Part shown: piece after piece, positions 1 through 7,874 of the stretch | How positions within the stretch are numbered: position 1 is the stretch's first letter | Layout of the letters: each line of letters begins with the position of its first letter | Source: an uncultured Verrucomicrobiae bacterium | Lineage (GTDB): Bacteria > Verrucomicrobiota > Verrucomicrobiia > Opitutales > JABDGR01 | NCBI GenBank assembly: GCA_963765205.1 | Contig: CAVXVB010000005.1 | Span: 448,001 to 512,000, forward strand | Direction of reading: 5' to 3' | DNA: 64,000 nucleotides | Notes under the pieces: model-generated | What the model was told of the DNA's origin: nothing | What the model saw: the letters and a program-made list of their open reading frames with translations, nothing else | Databases searched by the model: none | Translations under genes and position numbers: made by a program

Positions 1-1319
1 ATTTTCGGCACCCAATAATAAATCCCGCTCAACAAGCCCAGCAGCACGCCGCCCAGCAGCACGTAGTGGAAGTGGGCGACAATGAAATAGCTGTCGTGCT
101 GTTCGGCGTCCGCCGGCGCGGCGGCGTGCATGATGCCGGAAAAGCCGCCGAGCATGAACATCCACACAAAGCCCAGCGAGAAAATCATCGGCACCGTGAA
201 TTTGATGCGCCCGCCCCACAGCGTGCCGATCCAGTTGAAAATCTTCACCCCCGTCGGCACCGCGATCGCCATCGTCAGCAGCGAGAACGCCGCCGTGGCG
301 ACCTTGCCCAAGCCGGTCGCAAACATATGGTGACTCCAGACCGCGAAACCCAGCAGGCCGATCACCGCGCCGGAAAACACAATGATGGGATACCCAAACA
401 ACGGCTTGCGCGAAAACGTCGGCAGCACTTCGGAGACAATACCCATCGCCGGCAGCACCAGAATGTAAACCTCGGGATGCCCGAAAATCCAGAAGAGATG
501 CTGCCAGTAAATCGGCTGCCCACCACCCGCCACCCGGAAGAAATTCGTCCCAAAGGTGCGGTCAAAGAGCAATTCGGCCAGCGCGATGGTGATGGCGGGG
601 AAGGCAAAGATGATGAGGAAGGACGTCACCAGCGTCATCCAGGTGAAGACGGGCAGGCGCATCATCGTCATCCCCGGCGCGCGCAGGTTGATGATGGTGG
701 TGATGAAGTTGAACGCCGCCGCGAGGGAGGCGACGCCGAGGATTTGCAGGCTGAGAATCCACACATCCGTGCCGATGCCCGTGTAGGGCTTTTCCGTGAG
801 CGTGGCATAGCCGAACCAGCCGCCCCCGGGCACAATGTCCGTGCGCCCGTCCACCGGGTTGAGGACGTGGATGATGTTGAGCAATTGCAGGAGCCAGGAG
901 GCGTTCAGGAGGCAGGCCCCCGCGAAAAAAGTCCACAAGCTGAAGGCGTTCAACCGGGGGAAGGCCACGTCGCGCGCCCCGATTTGTAGCGGCACCACGA
1001 AATTGAAGAACGCCGCGGACAATGGCATCACGCCCAGGAAGATCATCGTCGTCCCGTGCATGGTGAAGAGTTGGTTATAAAGCTGCGCGGTGATGATGTG
1101 CTGCATCGGGCGCATCAATTGCGTGCGAATCATCAGCGCCTCGACCCCTCCGACGAGGAAGAAGAAGCACGCGGCCCCGCCATACATGACGCCGATCTTC
1201 TTGTGGTCTACGGTTGTAAACCAGTCCCACCAGCCCGTATGCCGATCCGGCCGCGGCAAGCCGACCCCGCTGCGGCCAGGGGGCAATTCGGTTTTGTGGT
1301 TAATGACGACAGTGGACAT
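1..1319 (-). CDS. ctaD: Cytochrome c oxidase subunit I, A-family (runs off the window start; 3' end missing)
   Basis: Manual translation from ATG 1319: MSTVVINHK...WFTTVDHKKIGVMY...YNQLFTMHGTTMIF...IGARDVAFPRLNAFSLW...WQHLFWIFGHPEVYIL (heme-copper oxidase motifs). Absent from the ORF track because there is no stop codon in the window. Confidence 0.96.
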   Translation of the reverse strand, partial: MSTVVINHKTELPPGRSGVGLPRPDRHTGWWDWFTTVDHKKIGVMYGGAACFFFLVGGVEALMIRTQLMRPMQHIITAQLYNQLFTMHGTTMIFLGVMPLSAAFFNFVVPLQIGARDVAFPRLNAFSLWTFFAGACLLNASWLLQLLNIIHVLNPVDGRTDIVPGGGWFGYATLTEKPYTGIGTDVWILSLQILGVASLAAAFNFITTIINLRAPGMTMMRLPVFTWMTLVTSFLIIFAFPAITIALAELLFDRTFGTNFFRVAGGGQPIYWQHLFWIFGHPEVYILVLPAMGIVSEVLPTFSRKPLFGYPIIVFSGAVIGLLGFAVWSHHMFATGLGKVATAAFSLLTMAIAVPTGVKIFNWIGTLWGGRIKFTVPMIFSLGFVWMFMLGGFSGIMHAAAPADAEQHDSYFIVAHFHYVLLGGVLLGLLSGIYYWVPK

Positions 1320-1412
1320 GGAAAAAGAGGAAATTAACGGGCCAGACAGGGTGGAGGATAAGGCGAATTTGCCCAATGTGCAAGTGGAGAGGAAGATTTG
1401 TGCGGACTGGTT

Positions 1413-2807
1413 TTACTTCAAAGTCATCAGGAACGCGGCCAGGTCATGAAAGTCCTGGTCGGTGATCGGGGTTTTATTGTTAATATTCTTTTGGATTATA
1501 TCGCGCAGGCCGCCTGCCGCCGTGCCCTGATGCGGATACCACATGAGGTTGCCGGGCTTGTAGTCGTAGGGATGCGAAATCCAGTTGTAGAAATTGTCCC
1601 GCTGCCGAACGGGGTCAATTGCCTTGCCGTCGTTGTCCAGGTTGTCCAGGAAGCCCGCGGCGATCGAAGTGCGCGAAGCCACATGGGTGAGGTTCGGCCC
1701 CCCGGTGGCGGTTGCGGGGGAGCCATCAATCGTGTGGCATTGGATGCAGCCGGCCCGGCCGATGAATAGCGCCGCTCCGCGCTGCTCGGGGGTCGCCAGC
1801 ATCGTCTGGTCCGGCGGCACACCGTCATCCGGGTCGGGGTTGACGGCCGAGAAAAATTTAGCCCAATTTCCACCGGCGGCCGGCGCGGGCACCTTCTTTT
1901 TAGTTTGTTCCACCCACGCAGCAAAATCCGTTTCGCTGACGACCCGCGCGCGGAAGAGCATGAAGGCGTGGGACTCGCCGCAGTATTGCGCGCACTGGCC
2001 ATAGTAGAGTCCATTCTCATACTGGTCGGCGCCGATGGGGCCGTGGTCGTAGCCATCGGTGGCGGCCAGGCCGTCGTCCGGCATCATCCACATATAGTTG
2101 GCCCGGCCGGGAATCAGGTCCACCTTGCCGGCGATTTTCGGCAGCCAGAAGGAGTGGATGACGTTGTCCGAGCGGAGTTGGAAAACCACCACTTTGCCCG
2201 CAGGCATGACAAATTCATTTGCCGTCGTGATGCCGAACTGCGGGTATTCAAAGCTCCACCACCACTGCTTGCCCTGAACGATGATTTCAAGCGGTTTGTC
2301 ATCCTGGGTTTCCGGCACGGTGCCAACCTTGGCATACCACTGGCCCAGTTCCGAGGTTTTCCAATAGGGTTGGTTGGTCGGCAGCGCATCAGTCAGGAAA
2401 ATGGCTTTGAGCGTCGGCACGGCGATAATGACGAGCAAAGCGATGGAGGCCGTAATCAGCGATATCTCAATCATCGGGTTGCCATGGCCCTGCGACGGCA
2501 TGGGCTTGTGCTCGTCACCCGGACGCTCGCGGAATCGCCACACCACCCAGGCCATTGTCCCGCCCACCGTCACGAAAATAAACGCGGATACCGCAACGGT
2601 GATCCAAAATAGCGACAATTGCTCGCGCGAAACCAAGCCGTGGGGGTCGAGTGTGGACTGCGGCTCCTTCATGCTGCACCCAGCCAGGAACCCCCCGAAC
2701 GCCAGCATTGCCACCCACCGCGCTAAATTAGCGAGGCAGGCCCTCCCCCCCGGCGTGGCCTGCCGTAGGTCGTGGATTAATGGGTTATGAAGCGTCTTCC
2801 TCCGCAT
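1413..2807 (-). CDS. ctaC: Cytochrome c oxidase subunit II with fused C-terminal cytochrome c (caa3-type)
   Basis: Lipobox FLAGC, two TM helices, GKQWWW, VIHSFW, CuA motif CAQYCGESHAFM, C-terminal heme c motif CIQCH and GPNLTH. True start may be further downstream. Confidence 0.93.
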   Translation of the reverse strand: MRRKTLHNPLIHDLRQATPGGRACLANLARWVAMLAFGGFLAGCSMKEPQSTLDPHGLVSREQLSLFWITVAVSAFIFVTVGGTMAWVVWRFRERPGDEHKPMPSQGHGNPMIEISLITASIALLVIIAVPTLKAIFLTDALPTNQPYWKTSELGQWYAKVGTVPETQDDKPLEIIVQGKQWWWSFEYPQFGITTANEFVMPAGKVVVFQLRSDNVIHSFWLPKIAGKVDLIPGRANYMWMMPDDGLAATDGYDHGPIGADQYENGLYYGQCAQYCGESHAFMLFRARVVSETDFAAWVEQTKKKVPAPAAGGNWAKFFSAVNPDPDDGVPPDQTMLATPEQRGAALFIGRAGCIQCHTIDGSPATATGGPNLTHVASRTSIAAGFLDNLDNDGKAIDPVRQRDNFYNWISHPYDYKPGNLMWYPHQGTAAGGLRDIIQKNINNKTPITDQDFHDLAAFLMTLK

Positions 2808-3221
2808 GTGAGCAATTCAAAGGTAAACACTGCGCCAAGGCAGCGACCAGCACAAGGAATTTTTATAAAAATCGCCGCCTTCCCACTCAAGCGGGAAGCG
2901 GTTTTCCCGTGCCGCTAACAGCAATGCTAATCCGCCCGCTTACCTCCACTTAAACTATTCCCTGCTGGCATCAGCGGACGCCGATATCGGGGCCGGTGCA
3001 CGCCCCGACCTAGGGATTTTGCTTACTAAGATCGCGGCTCAGCCCCAATTGTTGAATTTTATAGGCTTGGTATAGTGGCCAGGTTGTCTGAACGTTCAGC
3101 CAATTCATCCAACCAGCATCACGCCATGAAATACCGCTCATTCCTCCTCCGCCGCCAGGCCCGCCTGGTGCTGGCTTCTGCTTCAGGCAGTCGATCCCCC
3201 CAACAATCAACCGCCCAGCCC

Positions 3222-4610
3222 ATGAAGCGTCATTTCGCTTGGATTGCAACCTTGTGCTTGACCAGTCTTTTCCTTGCTCCGCTTACTTGCCAGGCGGTGC
3301 CCAGTTTTGCGCGACAAACGGGGCTGCAGTGCATTGCCTGCCATACGGAATTTCCCGAACTCAACAGCACCGGCCGGCTCTTCAAGCTGAGTGGCTTTAC
3401 CCTGGCCCCCGTGCCGAGTGATCTTCCTCCATTTGCAATCATGCTCCAGCCTTCGTTTACGCTGACCCGGCAGGACCAGCCTTCGGGCACCGTGACCCCT
3501 GGATTCAAGCCCAACAGTAATTTTGCCCTCACCCAGGCGAGTCTTTTTTATGCCGGCCGGCTGTTTGGCCCCTATGCCTCCGATCTTTTTGGAAAAGACG
3601 GGGCCGCCATCGCGAATAAATTCGGTATTTTCAGCCAAACCACCTACGACGGGGTCGCGGACCGGTTGCATTGGGACAACACGGAATTGCGCTACGCCGA
3701 CAACCACGACTTGGGCGACACTCCGATGATCTACGGCGCCTACCTGAACAACAACCCGACGCTGCAGGACCCGTGGAACACCACGCCCGCTTGGAGTTTT
3801 CCCTTCAGCCAAACCGGTCTGCCCCGCAATAATGCGAACACGGGGGAGGCCAATGTGCCACCGTCGCCTCTGATTGACGGGCCACTCGCCCAAACGGTAG
3901 CCGGTGCAGGAGCCTATGTGTTTCTGGACAACTCCTATTATTTCGACGTGGCCGCCTACCATATGGTCAGCGCGGAACTCCAAAACAGCCTGGGGATTGA
4001 TCCCGACAATGAAACCCAGATCGCCGGCTTCGCGCCCTACTGGCGGCTCGCGTATACCAAGGCCGTGGACAATAATTCCTTTGAGATCGGCACCTTCGGC
4101 CTCGCGGCCGACACTTACCCGGGTCGCAACCAAAGCGCCGGAACGGATGGGACTTTTGATGTCGGCTTTGACGGGCAGGCGCAGTTCGCATTTGGCCACC
4201 ATGACCTCACCGCGATGCTGTCCTGGATTCACGAGCGGGATAACTGGGCCGCCAGCAGTAATCCGCTCGTGGGCGCCGCCACCAACAGTTACGACAGCCT
4301 GCAAAAATTCAAGGCCACGGTGGACTATTTGTATGACAAGACTTACGGCGCCGCCGTGCAGTTTTTCGATGTGGATGGCAGCGATGATCCGGCGCTTTAT
4401 GCCAACAGCGCAACGGGTTCACCAGGCAGCGACGGTGAGGTTTTGCAACTTAACTGGCTGCCTTTCAATAAAGGCACCGGGCCATCGTTTTGGCCCCGCA
4501 GCAACGTTAAATTCTCGCTCTCTTATACAATCTACAACCGTATCAATGGGGCCAGCCACGGCGCGGCGCAAAACAACACCCTCTACCTCGAGGCGTGGAT
4601 CGCGTTTTAA
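3222..4610 (+). CDS. cyc2: Cyc2-like monoheme cytochrome c / beta-barrel porin fusion
   Basis: Signal peptide MKRHFAWIATLCLTSLFLAPLTCQA, then VPSFARQTGLQCIACHTEFPELNSTGRLFKLSGF (Cyc2 N-terminal signature, single CxxCH); alternating aromatic beta-strands; C-terminus YLEAWIAF (barrel terminal Phe). Confidence 0.85.
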   Translation: MKRHFAWIATLCLTSLFLAPLTCQAVPSFARQTGLQCIACHTEFPELNSTGRLFKLSGFTLAPVPSDLPPFAIMLQPSFTLTRQDQPSGTVTPGFKPNSNFALTQASLFYAGRLFGPYASDLFGKDGAAIANKFGIFSQTTYDGVADRLHWDNTELRYADNHDLGDTPMIYGAYLNNNPTLQDPWNTTPAWSFPFSQTGLPRNNANTGEANVPPSPLIDGPLAQTVAGAGAYVFLDNSYYFDVAAYHMVSAELQNSLGIDPDNETQIAGFAPYWRLAYTKAVDNNSFEIGTFGLAADTYPGRNQSAGTDGTFDVGFDGQAQFAFGHHDLTAMLSWIHERDNWAASSNPLVGAATNSYDSLQKFKATVDYLYDKTYGAAVQFFDVDGSDDPALYANSATGSPGSDGEVLQLNWLPFNKGTGPSFWPRSNVKFSLSYTIYNRINGASHGAAQNNTLYLEAWIAF

Positions 4611-4902
4611 CCGCCCCCGCTTCCATTCGACCATCCCTAATTCCCGGGATCGCTCGTATGCGGGGCGGGCGGGCGCGTCGGCGGGGTGCTCACCCCATTG
4701 CGGGAGAACCGCAATTATCCTAGAATCGGCTGCAGCGTGACTACGGGCCAATCCACGCGGCAGATTATCTATTCCAGCTTCATCAATACCGAATGGTGGG
4801 TCTGCGCGATGAGGCCTAAAGATTTTTCTTAGTGAACTAGAGGGGCGCTCCCAATTGTTGACCCGGCGGGATTATGGTAAAATGGCCCTTAAACTTTCTC
4901 CC

Positions 4903-5430
4903 ATGAAAACAAAATCCAACCTAATCGCCCTTGTATTCATCTTGGCGCTCGGCCGGCTCCCGGCCCAAACCGCCCCGGCTACTCCCGCTGCTTCTGCAGG
5001 ATCCGCCGCTCCGGCGGCTTCGGCTGCCCCGGCGACTCCCGCAGTGGCCCCGCTCGTGGTGGACATTGTTGTCAATGATATGATGACCTTCAGTGTCACC
5101 AAAATCCAGGCCCATCCCGGCCAGACGGTTACCATTAAACTTAAGAACACGGGCACCCAGCCCAAGGCGACAATGGCCCATAACTGGATACTGCTCAAAG
5201 CAGGCACGGACTTGAACGCTTATGCGGCGACGGCGGCCACCGACAAGGCCAAGGACTTCCAGCCCAAAGCGCTCGCCGACCAGGTCTTGGCCTCCATTCC
5301 GATGATTGGGGCCGGTGAATCCGGGAGCGTAACCTTCACCTGCCCGACGACACCGGGCACCTACAAATACCTCTGCTCCTGCTACGGCCACTCCATGACC
5401 GGCATGAAGGGCAGCCTCGTCGTCAAGTAA
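4903..5430 (+). CDS. Blue copper protein (azurin/auracyanin-like cupredoxin), secreted
   Basis: Signal peptide, Ala/Pro linker, MAHNWIL (His ligand) and PGTYKYLCSCYGHSMTGMKG (Cys/His/Met ligand loop). Confidence 0.88.
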   Translation: MKTKSNLIALVFILALGRLPAQTAPATPAASAGSAAPAASAAPATPAVAPLVVDIVVNDMMTFSVTKIQAHPGQTVTIKLKNTGTQPKATMAHNWILLKAGTDLNAYAATAATDKAKDFQPKALADQVLASIPMIGAGESGSVTFTCPTTPGTYKYLCSCYGHSMTGMKGSLVVK

Positions 5431-5491
5431 GACCCTCGGTCCTCGGTTGAAACCGAGAAAGCCGCATAAGACTGGAAGGCTTTTCCCCGCC

Positions 5492-5698
5492 TTAGACCGT
5501 TGTTCCCGCATCGTCGGGTGCCGTTACCACAGGGATGGGAGCATCGGCAGGCGGGGTTGGTGCGTCCGGAGTGGCCTCGCGCATCGGCGGCGGGTCGTTC
5601 TTCAGCAAAAACAACAATGGGGAAATGGGCACGCCGAGCGCGCAGCCTCCGGCGAAGAGGCCTAAAACCAGCAGTAGAAGGGAGAGGGATTTTTTCAC
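5492..5698 (-). CDS. Small putative lipoprotein (68 aa)
   Basis: GTG start giving MKKSLSLLLLVLGLFAGGC (lipoprotein-like signal), followed by a Pro/Asp-rich tail. Confidence 0.5.
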   Translation of the reverse strand: MKKSLSLLLLVLGLFAGGCALGVPISPLLFLLKNDPPPMREATPDAPTPPADAPIPVVTAPDDAGTTV

Positions 5699-5804
5699 AA
5701 CACGAGTTCCCGCCGGGGATGGGGTGGGGCAGACGTGCCCGGCGACCCACCTCAATAACCGAACCTGGGGTGTGTGGCAACAGGTTTCGGAGGGGGGCTG
5801 GGAG

Positions 5805-5975
5805 AAGGATGAGGGATGAAGCAAATTCAGAATGCGGAGTTCGGAGTGCTGAATTCCCCAATACAACTGACGAAAGTGATTCTCAAAGGTAAAATTTTTA
5901 CCAAACCGCATTCAGCATTCCGCACACCGCATTTTCTTCTTTCATCCTTCCTCCCTCCTCCCTCATCCTTCCTCC
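5805..5975. repeat. Intergenic heptamer-based inverted repeat element (GGATGAA / TTCATCC family)
   Basis: gatgaagcaaattcagaatgcggagttcggagtgctgaatt is near reverse-complementary to 7796-7836; related arrays at 7708-7870 and 43484-43512. Confidence 0.7.
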
Positions 5976-6794
5976 ATGGCCCTCTACCGCCCATTCGTGC
6001 GCCGCTTCGAGCAGGCTTTGGCCGTCACCCTGCCTGCGCCGGATCCTCGCGATTTTCCCCTGCCGCCGTCCCCCGCCGCCCATGCCCCGGTCGCCTTGCT
6101 CATTTCCCCGCATCCCGACGACGAAGTTATCACCGGCGCGCTGCCCCTGCGTTTGCAGCGCGAAGCCGGCGCGCGGGTCGTCAACGTCGCGGTGACGATT
6201 GGTTCCGACCCGGCCCGCCGTGAACCGCGCCGCCGCGAACTGGAAAAGGCCTGCGCGCTGCTGGGCTGGGAACTCGAAGTTCTTGGCTGGACGAGCGTGC
6301 GGCCCGACGCCGCGCAACGCGCCCCCCAAATGTTTCAAAAACGCACGCAGTCCCTCGCCAAAATCATCCGCCGCCGGCAGCCGCGCTGGATATTTTATCC
6401 CCATCCGCTCGACGCCCACCCGACGCACCAAGGCGTGAGCCAGCTCGCAACTGCCGCGCTGAAAGAATGCGGCGACGCCGTGCCGCCCTGGCGCATTGAA
6501 ACCGAGTATTGGCAGCCAAACCTGAAGCCGAACCTGCTCGTCGAATGTCCGCCGGCATCGCTGGCCCTCCTAGTCGCCGCGCTCTGCTGCCATCAAGGCG
6601 AAATCGCGCGCAACCCCTATCACCTGACGCTTCCGGCTTGGATGGTCGACAACGTCCGCCGTGGCGCGGAACTCGTCACCCGCCCCGGCCAACCCGCCCC
6701 GGATTTCAAATTCGGCACCCTCTACTGCGTCGAGCCGGGATTGCTGCCGGGGTGGCAGGGCATCCAATCAGCGTCATCGAAGTTGACTGCATAG
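5976..6794 (+). CDS. PIG-L/LmbE family deacetylase
   Basis: SPHPDDE motif, R..ELEKAC..LG segment, DAHPTH. Confidence 0.85.
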   Translation: MALYRPFVRRFEQALAVTLPAPDPRDFPLPPSPAAHAPVALLISPHPDDEVITGALPLRLQREAGARVVNVAVTIGSDPARREPRRRELEKACALLGWELEVLGWTSVRPDAAQRAPQMFQKRTQSLAKIIRRRQPRWIFYPHPLDAHPTHQGVSQLATAALKECGDAVPPWRIETEYWQPNLKPNLLVECPPASLALLVAALCCHQGEIARNPYHLTLPAWMVDNVRRGAELVTRPGQPAPDFKFGTLYCVEPGLLPGWQGIQSASSKLTA

Positions 6795-6828
6795 GCAACC
6801 GCGTGCGCTATTCTCCCGCCTGAAAAGG

Positions 6829-6908
<80 letters not shown>

Positions 6909-7061
6909 TAATCAGTTTCGGCATGTCACCATGCCTGCACGTCATAAACCAAACAATCACGATGCCCGACGTACGCGCGCCTGTCAACTCCGCAACATTT
7001 GCTCGTCCACCGAACTTCTAGCTTCCCGCCTGCGCCAAGTTCCGCCATCCTTGGCCGCTTC

Positions 7062-7712
7062 ATGGCTCTGCTCCATCAATTTATTGACCTCTTCCTGCAT
7101 CTCGACACGCATCTTGACCAGGCGGTGTCTGACTATGGCGCGTGGGTTTACCTGCTCCTGGCGCTGATTGTCTTTTGTGAGACGGGCCTTGTTTTCACGC
7201 CGATTCTGCCGGGCGATTCGCTGCTGTTTGCCGCGGGGGCGATTGCGGAGCGCGGCCAGGTGCTCCACCCGGCCCTCATTATCGCCATCCTGATTCCGGC
7301 GGCGCTGCTGGGCGACAACGTCAATTATTTCGTGGGCCGCACCGCCGGGCCGCGCATATTCCGGCGGCCCAAATCCTGGTTCTTCAACCCCGAGCACCTG
7401 CGCCGCACCCAGGAATTCTACGAACGCCACGGCGGCCAGACGATCATTCTCGCCCGCTTCACGCCCATCATTCGCACCTGCGCGCCGTTCGTGGCCGGGA
7501 TGGGGCGCATGAATTACCGGCGTTTTCTCGCTTTTTGCGTGGTGGGGGCGGGTTTGTGGGTTCCTGCTTGCGTTTTGGCGGGCAAGTATTTCGGCGAGCA
7601 GGAATTTGTGAAGAAGCATTTCACGCTGGTCCTGCTGGCGATAGTGGCCATCTCCTTGCTGCCTGCTGCGATTGGTGTCCTGCGGGCGCACCGGGGAGCA
7701 AGGAAAGGATGA
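7062..7712 (+). CDS. dedA: DedA family membrane protein
   Basis: FCETGLVFTPILPGDSLLFAAG and ARFTPIIRTCAPFVAG motifs. Confidence 0.93.
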   Translation: MALLHQFIDLFLHLDTHLDQAVSDYGAWVYLLLALIVFCETGLVFTPILPGDSLLFAAGAIAERGQVLHPALIIAILIPAALLGDNVNYFVGRTAGPRIFRRPKSWFFNPEHLRRTQEFYERHGGQTIILARFTPIIRTCAPFVAGMGRMNYRRFLAFCVVGAGLWVPACVLAGKYFGEQEFVKKHFTLVLLAIVAISLLPAAIGVLRAHRGARKG

Positions 7713-7870
7713 AGGATGAGGGATGAAGGATGAAAGAGGAAACTGCGGAATGGTTGGATCAGCATGGAGACGCAGCGGCCCATTTTGCGCTATAAAATTC
7801 AGCATTCAGAACTCAGCATTCAGAATTTGCTTCATCCTTCATCCCTCATCCTTCATCCTTCATCCTTCCT
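7708..7870. repeat. Heptamer tandem/inverted repeat element
   Basis: ggatgaaggatgagggatgaaggatgaa ... ttcatccttcatccctcatccttcatccttcatcc. Confidence 0.75.
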
Positions 7871-7874
7871 TCCC

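Noticed and set aside
66..989. Long plus-strand ORFs over ctaD, and similar antisense ORFs over mutS, lysS, pilM and the secretin (e.g. 54558-57632)
   Set aside because: Shadow ORFs expected in GC-rich DNA; the opposite strand carries clear family motifs.
2810..2910. Possible c-di-GMP-I riboswitch (GGTAAAC...) in the cox/cyc2 intergenic region
   Set aside because: No GNRA-capped P2 and no GACGCAAA/P3 elements; only a short hairpin is visible.
7708..7870. CRISPR array
   Set aside because: Short tandem heptamers without unique spacers; no cas genes anywhere in the window.
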